Counted from the first letter of the stretch, positions 1 through 9,866 are shown. The stretch: DNA of 64,000 nt from Deinococcus sp. (GCA_965261005.1 OZ253375.1:1472001-1536000); one strand, 5' to 3'. Made by a program: numbers and translations. Notes: a model not told the origin generated them from the letters alone.

Positions 1-216
1 TCGCCGCACCAGCTCCCACAGGTCTGCCTGTTCAGCAGTCGCGCGGGCCATGACGTGCTGAAGGTCGGCACGGTGGACAAGACGCTTGACGCCGGTCCCC
101 ACACGCCCCGCCGTAACATGAGGAAGCAGCTCAGCAAGCCGAGTAGCGAGATCGCGGCCTAGAGAAAATTCTGAGCGGATGCCATTGACACCTATCAGGG
201 CTTTGGTTTGAGTCAT
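1..216 (-). CDS. Small protein of the integrated element, partial (runs off the window); possibly excisionase/HTH-like
   Basis: ATG at 216, preceded on the minus strand by TACCGT-N6. Translates MTQTKALIGVNGIRSEFSLGRDLATRLAELLPHVTAGRVGTGVKRLVHRADL... with no stop. Function is inferred from context only. Confidence 0.5.
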   Translation of the reverse strand, partial: MTQTKALIGVNGIRSEFSLGRDLATRLAELLPHVTAGRVGTGVKRLVHRADLQHVMARATAEQADLWELVRR

Positions 217-506
217 GCCCTAACGGTAAAAGCGCATGGGGGCGCTTAGCCAGGAAACAGGTCCTCGTCTTCAAATTCCTTGACAATTCCAACCAATCGT
301 GCTAAGCCTTTTGACCCCAAGAGCTGCTTTCTTATGGCATCGGCGCCAAGCACTTCAATACCGCGCTCGGCGTCTCTATCAGCAATCTCTTCAGGGCTAA
401 GCCCCTCGGCAAGATGCCAGGCTAACCAGCGGTAGTGCTTGTCTGAAGCGAGCTTTTCCCGAGCCGGTGTATAACCGTACTCCTCATGCCATGCCAAGAT
501 TTCATT

Positions 507-1397
507 AGACCTCTTGCGAAAGTCAGGAGGGTTGGGCGCGGGTAAGGTTACAGAGGGCGGCGATGAGCTGAACCCGAAGGGCAAAGCGACGCCGCCGATG
601 TCGGTAGACGCCCTTGAGCACCCGAAAGACCTTCATGCGACGGATGACGTGTTCGATTCCTTGGCGGGTATAGGCCAGCACCCGGTTTTCTCGACGCTGC
701 TCTTTGGTCAACGGCTTGGACTTGGTCGCCTTATGCGTGGTGATGGCGTGCCCGTGGCTTCTCCACAAACCCTGATACCCCGCATCCCCGATCAGGGCCG
801 TGTCATGAGGAAACCGTACCCCAGACTGCCGAAACAGCTTGAGATCATGGATGGCTCCAGCACTCGTCGCCGTGCCCAGGATGTGCTGAGTCACGGTACA
901 GATCAGGACTTGGAACTTCAAGGTGTGCCGCTTCTTCTTGCCGCTGTACCAGCGGCGCTGCTTTTTTTGGGTCGTTCACACGGCACTTCGGACGCATCGA
1001 CGGCCACGATGCTGTAGACCGTCTGCGCTTGCTGGAACACGCGCTTTCTAGGCATCTGGAACTGCTGGCTGGCGATCAGGGCTTCTTCGACACGTTCCAC
1101 CGTGCGGTGCACCGTGGTCTCATGGACGCCCCAGTCGTCACCCAGGTGCGCGAAGGTGCGGTACTCGCGCCAGAATTCCAGTGTCATCAGAAGTTGTTCA
1201 GCCACCCTGAGCGCGGCTGGACGACCAGATTTCTTCTTCTGTCCTTCTCGCTCGATCAGCACCGCTTCCATCTGGGCGAAGGTTTCGGGATACACCCCGG
1301 TGCGTCGGCGGAACTGCTTGCGGTTCATCTTCAGTGTCCGTCTCAGGCGATCTCGCTCCACCCCTTGAGCTTAACCCACGACTTTCGCAAGAGGTCT
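507..1397 (-). mobile_element. IS5-family insertion sequence (ISL2/IS1381-like group), 891 bp
   Basis: Perfect 18-bp terminal IRs AGACCTCTTGCGAAAGTC (507-524) and GACTTTCGCAAGAGGTCT (1380-1397); 3-bp ATT target duplication (504-506, 1398-1400). Confidence 0.93.
523..1361 (-). CDS. IS5-family transposase split over two ORFs (918-1361 HTH part, 523-921 DDE part), probably joined by a -1 frameshift
   Basis: ORF A has HTH-like LLMTLEFWREYRTFAHLGDDWGV and VDASE; ORF B has GDAGYQG and RQGIEHVIRRMK. An A7 run (CCCAAAAAAAG on the minus strand, 962-968) lies in the overlap region. Confidence 0.88.
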
Positions 1398-1995
1398 ATT
1401 TGCATAGTCTTCAAGCGTGGCATGCGCTTTCGCCAAAAATTCCCTCTTCGATTCGTGTTTAGGAACGAAGAAGATATCAAGATGAGGCGGGTACGGTCGC
1501 CGTTTTTCCGAGCTAAAGCGCAAGCCGAGTCTATCGTACTCAGCATAGCTGAGGCACCCTTTTATTACGTCTGAGGCATCATGTACCCCTACTTCGAGCA
1601 GTTTGATACCGTGCTCCCCTATCCAGAAAGGGGGGAGGTAAGTATAGATTTTAGAGGTGTAATTTGGCGGCTCGCTTCTATAATCCATTGCTGTCATCAT
1701 GCCGTTAAGTTGTGCCCAGCGGCCTAGTGCGAGAGACAGTTTGCTTGGTTCTCCAAGCACATGAGAAATTCCATGCCAGTTGTCTCGATCACCCTCTATT
1801 CGTGCTTGTACAAACAGACGCAAATTAAGACGCCAAACATGTATACCGTGTTCATTACCTTTAAACAGTTCTTCGTATAAAAATTGAGCCTCAAGTAGTG
1901 GCGCGACATGTTGAGGGTATTCGCCGGCGAGAGCGGCAATCAGCAGTCAACGGGCGCGCTCCTGTTCCTGCTCAAGATGAAGCCAAGGGCGGCCA

Positions 1996-2763
1996 TCACG
2001 CGCGGCCACGGTCTACTCCAATCCAAGCTGCATAGCTTTTTATTTGCTTAGCTATACTGCTAACGTCCGGGTCTTCTCCTCCGGGCAGCCAACCTTTGGT
2101 AGCAAGATCAAGTGGGTTCACATCTTCCACCACATGCTCTGCAAGCCAGCTGAGGTGTTTTAGCACCTTGCGTTTGTTTAGCTCATCGGCGTAACCTCGC
2201 CGCTTCAGCCACTCGCCTTGCTCTTTGTAGTGTTTTCTCGCTCTATCAACAAACTTCTTTTCGCTTTCATGCTGAGGGTTGGCAGAAATGGGAGACGGTT
2301 TTGGGTCATCAGGCCCCAGCTCTATAGAAGGCTCTCCATCTAGGTAGCTAGAATTCCCATGCTCAAAGCACACAGTAGCCACACTTAAATTCGCATCTCC
2401 TGCCAAAGCTGGAATAAGAATAGAAATGGCGTATCCCTCTAACCATTCAGGCGTTTCGGGATGACCGTTAACGATTGTGGTCAAACGAAGTTCATGTGCC
2501 CACAGCTTCACAAAGTAGAGAAGGTGGGCGACAGCGGGCGAATATTGATGCCAAGGGCCGAAGCCCACTGAGTACCAGGGCAGCTCGCGCAAGCCCGCCA
2601 CATCGGGGGGCAAGCTCTTCTCTTCACGAGCTGCTACATACCACGGCACCGCTTCCTCAAGCCGCCTCATCTTGTCCGGGTAGCGCTGGGCCAGCACACC
2701 CAGATAAAGCCAGCGAAAGCGGGCAGCCTGAGCATCCGGGTACAACACGCGCCCTTTAGACAT
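1996..2763 (-). CDS. Hypothetical protein, paralog B (possible C-terminal HTH)
   Basis: Open frame; likely start MSKGRVLY at 2763 overlapping the upstream stop. C-terminus has KHLSWLA...SIAKQIKSYAAWIG. Confidence 0.75.
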   Translation of the reverse strand: MSKGRVLYPDAQAARFRWLYLGVLAQRYPDKMRRLEEAVPWYVAAREEKSLPPDVAGLRELPWYSVGFGPWHQYSPAVAHLLYFVKLWAHELRLTTIVNGHPETPEWLEGYAISILIPALAGDANLSVATVCFEHGNSSYLDGEPSIELGPDDPKPSPISANPQHESEKKFVDRARKHYKEQGEWLKRRGYADELNKRKVLKHLSWLAEHVVEDVNPLDLATKGWLPGGEDPDVSSIAKQIKSYAAWIGVDRGRA

Positions 2764-3487
2764 TCGCCATACCATCGAAGCCAATACGCCGCGCCGTCTG
2801 CTTTATAGCCTTCCGAATTGTGGATTCATCGGTTGCCCGTCCGGCGGTCAGCTCGTGAGTCTCAATCTCACCCGGCCTCAAACCTTTGGTGACGGCGAGG
2901 GCCAGCCAACACAGGTGCTTCCAAGGAACATCGTTGGACGGCCGCGCTTTAACACGCCAGTTGTGCGCCTCCAGATATTCTTCCGAACGCTTCTGGTACG
3001 CCTTGAGAAGCTTGTGCATTTCGCACTCGTAGACGGTCCATGAGGTCGAGGGGTTCCAGGCGGGCAGTTCAGGCGGCTCTAGGTAAAGCATGACCCCACC
3101 CCACCCGTACGACGCGGGTACGGTGCGCTCAAGCTCGGGGATAATAAGCCACGTGTTCATGGACATCAGCGCGTAGCGTTCGCACCAGGTTTCGGTCAAC
3201 CTCCAACGTATCTGCCAGGCGTTCAGCAGATGCACCAGCGACCTAAACACGCCAGGCATACGGTCCTTTGAGCGTCTGCTCAGTAGGGCCATGCCTCTTA
3301 TTTCGTCGTGATACCTATAGCCGGCACCCTCAGTCGAGCGCGCCAGTTTGTAAGTCGGATATACCGAAGCGCACAGGTCATTCCACACTTCAGGCGCCAC
3401 CTCACTTACCGCTTGGCAAAATTGAAAACGCCAGTGGTCGGCTTGTTCACCGGCAGGCTCAAAGGCGGTCACAATCGGCCTACTCAT
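2756..3487 (-). CDS. Hypothetical protein, paralog C (possible C-terminal HTH)
   Basis: 243-aa ORF; C-terminus has KHLCWLA...TIRKAIKQTARRIG. Confidence 0.75.
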   Translation of the reverse strand: MSRPIVTAFEPAGEQADHWRFQFCQAVSEVAPEVWNDLCASVYPTYKLARSTEGAGYRYHDEIRGMALLSRRSKDRMPGVFRSLVHLLNAWQIRWRLTETWCERYALMSMNTWLIIPELERTVPASYGWGGVMLYLEPPELPAWNPSTSWTVYECEMHKLLKAYQKRSEEYLEAHNWRVKARPSNDVPWKHLCWLALAVTKGLRPGEIETHELTAGRATDESTIRKAIKQTARRIGFDGMANV

Positions 3488-3566
3488 AAATCTTCAAGCC
3501 GCCTTTGCATCATCGTATTCTACCCGTTTCTAAGCGTGCTAGACGTGCTTGAGGCCCTGTCAGTTT

Positions 3567-3588
3567 TGGCGTAGTAGTGGCGTAGTAG
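3567..3588. repeat. Tandem 11-bp direct repeat, candidate integrase arm-type site
   Basis: TGGCGTAGTAG x2, about 110 bp inside the att boundary. Confidence 0.45.
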
Positions 3589-3700
3589 CCCGCTAAATAC
3601 GCCTAGAAACGCCCAGGAGTGCCCAGAACCCGAAACAGGCTTAAGCCGCGCTCAGACGTGCTTTTCTAGAATCTCTCAGGTGTGCTTAGCCATTGAGTCC

Positions 3701-3748
3701 CGCTCTTTGGAAGCGTCGATCATGGTTCGAATCCATGTGCCCCAGCCA
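3701..3748 (+). other. 3' fragment of tRNA-Gln(TTG), att-site duplication
   Basis: CGCT-CTTTGGA-AGCG anticodon arm, CATGG-TTCGAAT-CCATG T-arm and TGCCCCA-G-CCA end are present; no matching 5' acceptor strand or D-arm upstream. Confidence 0.85.
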
Positions 3749-3778
3749 AGAGACCGGAGGTTTCTCCGGTCTTTTTTC
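3749..3778 (+). terminator. Intrinsic terminator
   Basis: AGACCGGAG-GTTT-CTCCGGTCT followed by a T-run. Confidence 0.85.
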
Positions 3779-3818
3779 TATTCCAGCCACGAGTTCGGGC
3801 CGCGCGTATCATGCCCCC

Positions 3819-4532
3819 ATGATTTCTCCCCCCGTAGGCGAGCGGTCCGACAAGGCCGCGCCCGTTCGGCAGATGTTCGCGAGCATCGCGCCGCGCTACG
3901 ATTTCCTCAATCGGGTGCTGAGCTTGGGGGTGGACCGCGCTTGGCGCAGAGCCGCCGCCGAGGAGGCGCTGCTGCTGAATCCGGGGCGCGTGTTGGACGT
4001 GGCCACCGGCACGGCCGACTTCGCCTTAGAACTGGCGCGCCGCGCGCCGGGCAGCGAGGTGGTGGGCTGCGACTTCGTGCCGGAGATGCTGGAGATCGGG
4101 CGCCGCAAGGCCGGGAAGCAACACATGAAGGTGACCTTGGAGCTTGGCGACGCCCTCAACTTGCCCTACCCCGACGCCACCTTCGACGCCCTGACCTGCG
4201 CCTTTGGCTTTCGCAACTTCGCCGACTACCCGCGCGCGCTGTCCGAGTTCTGGCGGGTGCTGCGGCCCGGCGGGCGCCTAGTTATTCTGGAGTTTCCGCC
4301 GCCGAGCAGGACCCTTTTCGGCGCGCTGTTCCGGCTGTACTTCGAGCAAGTGCTGCCGCGCGTCGGGGGCCTGATCTCGGGCAATCCGCGGGCGTACCGC
4401 TACCTACCCGCCTCGGTGCTGGCTTTTCCCGAGCCGGCGCGCTTGGCCGATTTGATGGTGGCGGCCGGATTTCAGACCTGCTATCGCCTGTTGAGCTTTG
4501 GAATCGCGGCGCTGCACGTGGGAAACAAGTGA
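3819..4532 (+). CDS. menG: Ubiquinone/menaquinone biosynthesis C-methyltransferase (UbiE/MenG)
   Basis: [46 protein letters not shown] motifs. Confidence 0.9.
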   Translation: MISPPVGERSDKAAPVRQMFASIAPRYDFLNRVLSLGVDRAWRRAAAEEALLLNPGRVLDVATGTADFALELARRAPGSEVVGCDFVPEMLEIGRRKAGKQHMKVTLELGDALNLPYPDATFDALTCAFGFRNFADYPRALSEFWRVLRPGGRLVILEFPPPSRTLFGALFRLYFEQVLPRVGGLISGNPRAYRYLPASVLAFPEPARLADLMVAAGFQTCYRLLSFGIAALHVGNK

Positions 4533-5383
4533 TGCGCGGTCCCCTGATCACGGCCGAATGGCTGCTGGAACATCTGCAAGACGAACACCTGCGAATCGTG
4601 GATTGCCGCTTCTTGCTGGCCGATTCGCAGGCCGGGCGCCGGGCCTACGAGGCGGGCCATCTTCCCGGCGCGGTGTACCTGGACTTGGAAGGTGACCTTT
4701 CCGGCCCGAAACACCCGGACGGCGCGGGCGGGCGCCACCCGCTGCCGAACCCGGACGAGCTGGCCGCCAAGCTGGGCGCGCTGGGCATCGGCGACGCCAG
4801 TGTTGTGGTCGCCTACGACGATCCGCCGGGCGGTGGTCTGTTCGCGGCGCGGCTGTGGTGGCTGCTGCGCTGGCTGGGGCGTGACCGGGTGGCCGTGCTG
4901 AACGGTGGGCTGAACGCCTGGCGTCAGGTGGGTGGCGCGCTGGCGACGGAGGTGCCGGGCTTTCCCCCGGCGATCTTTACCCCGCGTGTGCGGCCAGAAC
5001 TGGTGACGGACGCGACGGGGGTGATGGGGCGCGGCGGGGCGGCCCTGATGGACTCGCGGGCGGCGGCGCGCTACAGCGGCGCGGTCGAACCCCTCGACCG
5101 CAGGGCCGGGCACATCCCCGGCGCCCTCAACCTCGATTGGGCGGGGGCGCTGGATGAGAACGGGCGCTTCAAACCGGCGGGGGCACAGCGCGAACGCTTC
5201 GCTCAGCTTGGCGAGCAAGGCGCCATCCTGTACTGCGGCTCGGGCGTCAGCGCGGCGGTGAACCTGCTGGCCTTGGAGTTGGCCGGGCGCCCGCTGGGGC
5301 CGGAGACCCGCCTGTACGCCGGCTCGTGGAGCGACTGGGTCAGCGACGAGGGGCGGCCGGTGGCGACGGGGGAAGCGCCCTGA
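4532..5383 (+). CDS. Sulfurtransferase (rhodanese/SseA family)
   Basis: GHLPGA, GRHPLP, GHIPGA, YCGSGV active-site loop, LYAGSWSDW. Confidence 0.9.
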   Translation: MRGPLITAEWLLEHLQDEHLRIVDCRFLLADSQAGRRAYEAGHLPGAVYLDLEGDLSGPKHPDGAGGRHPLPNPDELAAKLGALGIGDASVVVAYDDPPGGGLFAARLWWLLRWLGRDRVAVLNGGLNAWRQVGGALATEVPGFPPAIFTPRVRPELVTDATGVMGRGGAALMDSRAAARYSGAVEPLDRRAGHIPGALNLDWAGALDENGRFKPAGAQRERFAQLGEQGAILYCGSGVSAAVNLLALELAGRPLGPETRLYAGSWSDWVSDEGRPVATGEAP

Positions 5384-5476
5384 TCATTCCCTTCAGCTAG
5401 CGGTCAACAGTTGATTGTCCACCGCTAAGATGCTAAATTTTTTGTACGGGGCCGCGCTTGCGCGGTCTTCGCCTTT

Positions 5477-6615
5477 TTATGGCTCAAGGTGGGTCATGCC
5501 GCTGACGCTGAGGTCCTTGAGAATTGGCAGGTAAAAGTAGCCGTGCGTGTTTCTCAGGCGTTCTGTTCGTCTGAGAAATTCTTCTGGCTTGACGAGATAT
5601 GCCTCGCAAAACTCGGGGTGATACTCGTACATTGCTCGGTAGGCGAGGGCATAGTGCATCACCCCAAGGCCCTCGTGGTTCTTGACCCACTTGCGATTCA
5701 CGATATGCGGGATGTTGGCACTGATAAAGTGCTGAAACTTTTCCCCAACTTTTCCCAATACGTTGTCAACAAATATTTGGTGAAGCGATCTATCGGCTCT
5801 TCACGGGACTCAGCAAGGTCCACCCGGAAGAACAAGTAACCCATCAAATCGGCCAACTGAATGAGCGCGCTCTGGTCCGAATCGGGAACACGCGAAACTC
5901 CCTGGATTTGAGCGAGGTTGGTGTACGAGGTTAGCACTTCATACGCCTCGGCGCTGTCCAGACCGCTCGAGTCGTCGAAGGGATCGAGCAAAAAGTGGCC
6001 GGTCTTCTGCCCTGCCTGCCGCAGCACCTCATCCGCAAATGCAAAGACACGTTTCAGGGTAGGAACAAGAATGCTGGCGCTTTTAAGGTGGTAGCGTTGG
6101 TAGAGCTTAGGAAATGGGCGAACGCTGTGCCGCTTGATAAAGGCGGACTCGGCCTGAAAGCTGGGATTGGCGTGCATGGCTAGAATAGGCTTTGCCTCTT
6201 GTGCCCTTTTCAAGGTGAGGCGAAAGGTATCGAGGCCACGGGGCACGCGGTTCAGCCCTACGGCAATCTGCACGCCACGTTCCGCCCATTCCTTAATTTG
6301 CTCGATATCAACGCCGAAATATGGGTTCGGCTGTCCTCGATACTTCGGTGGGCGACTCTTGCCAGTCATGATGCGCATGTGGATGGGCGGCAATGTGGCC
6401 GCCCCCGTCGCAGCTTGAATATCCCGCCTTAAGGCCGTCCACTCATGCTCAAGCCGACCCATCAGCTCCGTTCTGAGCATGACTGCCGTGCAGTTGGCAA
6501 AGGGATGATCGCCGGGAAAGAACTCGCCCGAGCGCGTTACAAGAGCCTCAATGCCTCCCGAGTCATCAATGGCGATTTGATAGTCGGCTTCACCGGTCGT
6601 CATTGCCACGCTCAA
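5477..6615 (-). pseudogene. DUF3800-like (RNase H-fold) protein, apparently frameshifted near 5743-5746
   Basis: N-terminal IAIDDSG and late SALIQLADLMGY resemble the DUF3800 pattern. An overlapping 93-aa ORF in another frame continues the protein. Lower GC than flanks. Confidence 0.6.
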
Positions 6616-6672
6616 CTTATCATTTCGTGCTCCTTTGCCCGATCAACAGAAGAGGCGAGGAAGGCGAGCTTT

Positions 6673-7866
6673 TCACTCGTACCTCAGGGCCTCGATGGGG
6701 GTCAAGTTGGCGGCGCGGCTGGCGGGCCACACCCCGAAGGCGATTCCCGTCAGGATGGAGACGCCCAGGGCGAGGAAGCCGGTCGCAGGCGAGATGATGA
6801 CCTGCGGAAAGATGGTCGGCGCGGCCAGGGCCAACAGCACCACCACGCCGGCCGACAGCGCGAAGCCGATCAGGCCGCCCAAGGCGGTCAGGGTGACGGC
6901 CTCGATCAGGAACTGACCCAGAATGGTGGCGCGCCGCGCGCCCAGCGCCTTGCGCAGTCCGATCTCGCGGGTGCGCTCGGTCACGCTGACCAGCATAATG
7001 TTCATGATGCCGATGCCGCCGACCAGCAGCGACAAGCCGCCGATGCCGGCCAGCAGCACCTGTAAAATCAGCGTGATCTGGTTGAACTGCTGCACGAACT
7101 GGTCAATGTTGACGATGTCGAAGTCCGCCTTGCCGCGCCGCCGCGTGAGGATGTCGCGCACGCGCCCCTGCACCGCCTTCACGTCGGCGCCGGGGTCGAG
7201 GCGGAACTGCAAGAAGCTGTACTCGTCGCGCGGAATACCGAAGCCGCGCCAAGTGGTCGTGATCGGGACGTAGGCGCTGTCGCCGCCGCCGAACAGCGAG
7301 GAGAGGTCCTGTGTCACGCCGATGACCGTGAACTCCTGACGCCCGCCGCCGGAGGGCTGCACCCGCACGGTCTTGCTGACCGGATTCTGGGTTCCGAACA
7401 GCTTGACGGCCGTCTTGTTGGGCAGCACCAGCACGTCGGCGGCGGCGCGCTCCTCGAAGGCGTCGAAAAAGCGCCCCGATTGCAGCTTGGCGTCGCTGCT
7501 GACCTGCGGGTAGTTGGCACGCACGCCGTTGAGGCTCAGGCTCAGCGTCTTGTCCCCGGCCGTGAGGGTGGACGGCGCGAAGGTAGAGGAGCTGTCGGTC
7601 AACGGGAGGGCGCCCAGCGCGTCGATGTCGTCCTGGGTGAAGTTGTGTGCGGGGCGTCCCGGATCGAACTTGGGCTGCACGAACAAGGTCCGCCCGCCGA
7701 TGGCGTTCAGCTGGCCGCTGATGGCCGAGGTCGCCATCTGCCCCAGGGAGAGCATGGTGGTCACCGCGAACACCCCGATGATGACCCCCAGCATGGTCAG
7801 GGCGCTGCGCAGCTTGTTGGTGGCGATGGCGCGCAGGGCGGTGGCGAGGTTCTCGGCGACGTTCAC
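6673..7866 (-). CDS. ABC transporter permease, MacB/FtsX family
   Basis: NKLRSALTMLGVIIG, GGIGIMNIMLVSVTERTREIGLRKALGA, PIEALRYE. Confidence 0.93.
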   Translation of the reverse strand: MNVAENLATALRAIATNKLRSALTMLGVIIGVFAVTTMLSLGQMATSAISGQLNAIGGRTLFVQPKFDPGRPAHNFTQDDIDALGALPLTDSSSTFAPSTLTAGDKTLSLSLNGVRANYPQVSSDAKLQSGRFFDAFEERAAADVLVLPNKTAVKLFGTQNPVSKTVRVQPSGGGRQEFTVIGVTQDLSSLFGGGDSAYVPITTTWRGFGIPRDEYSFLQFRLDPGADVKAVQGRVRDILTRRRGKADFDIVNIDQFVQQFNQITLILQVLLAGIGGLSLLVGGIGIMNIMLVSVTERTREIGLRKALGARRATILGQFLIEAVTLTALGGLIGFALSAGVVVLLALAAPTIFPQVIISPATGFLALGVSILTGIAFGVWPASRAANLTPIEALRYE

Positions 7867-8567
7867 GGCTCCTCCAGCACAATCTGCCCATCGCGCAGCC
7901 GCATGATGCGCCCGGCGCGCGCCCCCACCTCGTCCTCGTGGGTCACCACGATTAAGGTGCGGCCCCCGGCGTGAAGGCGGTCGAACAGTTCCAGAATCTC
8001 CCCTGTGGAGCGCGAATCGAGATTGCCGGTCGGCTCGTCGGCCAGCAGCACGTCCGGCTCCTGAACCAGGGCGCGGGCGATGGCGACCCGCTGCTTTTGC
8101 CCGCCCGACAGCTCGCTGGGCTTGTGCTGGGCGCGGTCCGATAAGCCGACTTGCGCCAGGGCGGCCTGCGCTAGAACGGCGCGCTCGCGCGGCCGGACGC
8201 CGCGGTACGCCAGCGGCAGCTCTACGTTCTTTTGGGCGCTGGTGCGCGCCAGCAGATTAAAGGCCTGGAAGACGAAGCCCACCCGCCGGTTGCGCACCCG
8301 CGCGAGGTCGTCCTCCTTTAAACGGCCCACGTCCTCGCCGGCCAGGCGGTAGCTGCCCGCGCTGGGCACATCCAGGCAGCCCAGGATGTGCATCAGGGTG
8401 CTCTTGCCGCTGCCCGACGGCCCCATCAGTGCGACGTACTCCCCCTGCGCGATGGTCAGGTCCACGCCCCTGAGGGCGCGCACCTCGGCGTCCCCCTCGC
8501 CGGCGTAGATTTTGCTGACGCCGGCGAGTTCGATCACGGGCACCCGGTCCACAGCTGGGGCGCTCAT
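7863..8567 (-). CDS. ABC transporter ATP-binding protein (LolD/MacB type)
   Basis: GPSGSGKST, LSGGQKQRVAIAR, ADEPTGNLD; start placed at MSAPAV. Confidence 0.93.
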   Translation of the reverse strand: MSAPAVDRVPVIELAGVSKIYAGEGDAEVRALRGVDLTIAQGEYVALMGPSGSGKSTLMHILGCLDVPSAGSYRLAGEDVGRLKEDDLARVRNRRVGFVFQAFNLLARTSAQKNVELPLAYRGVRPRERAVLAQAALAQVGLSDRAQHKPSELSGGQKQRVAIARALVQEPDVLLADEPTGNLDSRSTGEILELFDRLHAGGRTLIVVTHEDEVGARAGRIMRLRDGQIVLEEP

Positions 8568-9865
8568 TTCGTCTGTCCCGGCGGCGTATAGGTCACGCGC
8601 GTCCCGGCCTTCAGCTCGTCGCCGCCGCTGACCAGCAGCTCCCCCGCCGTGAGGCCCTCGCCGCGCAGGGCGGCCCGGTTGTTGTTGCGCGCCAGCACCG
8701 TCACGCCCTGCTTCTCCAAGGCGCCGCCGCTCACACCAGTGGTCGTCTCGCCCGGCTTGACCCGCCACACGAAGGACGAGGCGCCGGCGCCGTTCACGGC
8801 CTCCAGCGGGGCCGTCAGCGCGTCCTCCAAGCGTTCGGTCTGCACGCGGGCGGTGGCGGTGTAGCCGGGGCGCACGCCGGCGGCGCCAGCGGCACTTTCA
8901 AAGGTGACGCGCGCCAACACGCTCGCCACCTGACCACCCCCCCGGTCGGCGGTGGGGTTAACCGCGCGCACCCGGCCCATGACGTTCTTGCCCGGCAGGG
9001 CGTCGAACTCCAGCTTGACCGGCTGGCCGGGCCGCAGCTCGGCGGCGCGCGTCTCGTCGAAGGCGACCTCCACGTACAGATCGTCCGGATCGGTAATTTC
9101 AAAGGCGGGACCCGACACGGGGGCCGGGCCGCCGGCGGTCACGTTCACGGCCGAGACCACCCCGGCAATGGGGGCGCGCAAGTCGGCGCCGGCCAGGTTG
9201 CTCTCCGAGTTCGCCACCCGCACCCGCGCCGACTCGGCCCCGGCGCGCGCCTGCGCCACGCCGGCCCCGCCCGCACTTTGCAGGCGCTGCGCGGCGTAGT
9301 TGGCGTCCAACTGCGCCCCTTCCAGCTTGCGGGCTGCGTCGCCCACCGCCGACTTGGCCGCGCGCACGCTCTCGGCGCTGGCGCCGCCAACCGCGAACAA
9401 CTGGCGCTGTGAGGCGAGGCTCTGCTGGGCGTCGGTCAGCCCGGCCCGCGCCCCCTGCACGGCGATGCGAGCCGAGTCGGCGGCGCGCTTCAGGTCCACC
9501 AGGTTGCTCGCAGCGTCCGCCTGGGCGCGCGCCAAATCGGCTTCGGCCGCGCCCAGGCTGCTGCGGGCGCTCTCCAAGTCGCGCCGAACGGAGGCGCTGT
9601 CCAGCCGCGCCAGCAGGGCGCCGCGCTCCACCTTGTCGCCGGCGCAGACGCTCACCTCGCCCACCAAGCCCGTCCCCGCGAAGCTGACGGCGCGCACCCG
9701 ACGCGCCCGCACGGTGCCGGTCGCGCTCACCTCGGTCGTGAACAGGCCGCGCTCCAAGCGGGTCACGCTGACGGGCACACCCTGCGGCCCGCGCGGGCGC
9801 AGCAGCGCAAAGGCCGTGATGAGCAGGCTGAGGGCGATCAGGGCGGGCAGAATCCAGCGCCGCAC
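8564..9865 (-). CDS. Efflux periplasmic adaptor (MacA/HlyD family)
   Basis: N-terminal TM segment, coiled-coil hairpin, LRAPIAGVV lipoyl motif; in an operon with the ABC genes. Confidence 0.85.
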   Translation of the reverse strand: MRRWILPALIALSLLITAFALLRPRGPQGVPVSVTRLERGLFTTEVSATGTVRARRVRAVSFAGTGLVGEVSVCAGDKVERGALLARLDSASVRRDLESARSSLGAAEADLARAQADAASNLVDLKRAADSARIAVQGARAGLTDAQQSLASQRQLFAVGGASAESVRAAKSAVGDAARKLEGAQLDANYAAQRLQSAGGAGVAQARAGAESARVRVANSESNLAGADLRAPIAGVVSAVNVTAGGPAPVSGPAFEITDPDDLYVEVAFDETRAAELRPGQPVKLEFDALPGKNVMGRVRAVNPTADRGGGQVASVLARVTFESAAGAAGVRPGYTATARVQTERLEDALTAPLEAVNGAGASSFVWRVKPGETTTGVSGGALEKQGVTVLARNNNRAALRGEGLTAGELLVSGGDELKAGTRVTYTPPGQTK

Positions 9866-9866
9866 G

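Larger units (their letters stand above)
246..2009 (-). pseudogene. Paralog A of the tandem unknown family; in-frame TGA at 1947-1949 and IS insertion at 507-1397
   Basis: GTG at 2009 after GGAG gives MAARDGRPWLHLEQEQERAR*LLIAALAGEYP. Removing the IS plus one ATT copy joins ...LEDYAN to EILAWHEEYG... in frame (~289 codons). Shares the KHxxWLA motif with its neighbours. Confidence 0.8.
1..3748. mobile_element. Right end of an integrated element (genomic island/prophage-like) inserted at tRNA-Gln
   Basis: Lower GC than flanks, orphan genes and an IS; ends at a 3' tRNA-Gln fragment (3701-3748) followed by a terminator. No integrase in the window. Confidence 0.75.

Noticed and set aside
3680..3748. 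Complete tRNA-Gln gene
   Set aside because: No 5' acceptor strand (TGGGGCA) or D-arm; only the 3' half is present.
3680..4531. 567-aa ORF extension upstream of the rhodanese
   Set aside because: Overlaps menG in another frame; rhodanese motifs start at the ATG at 4532.
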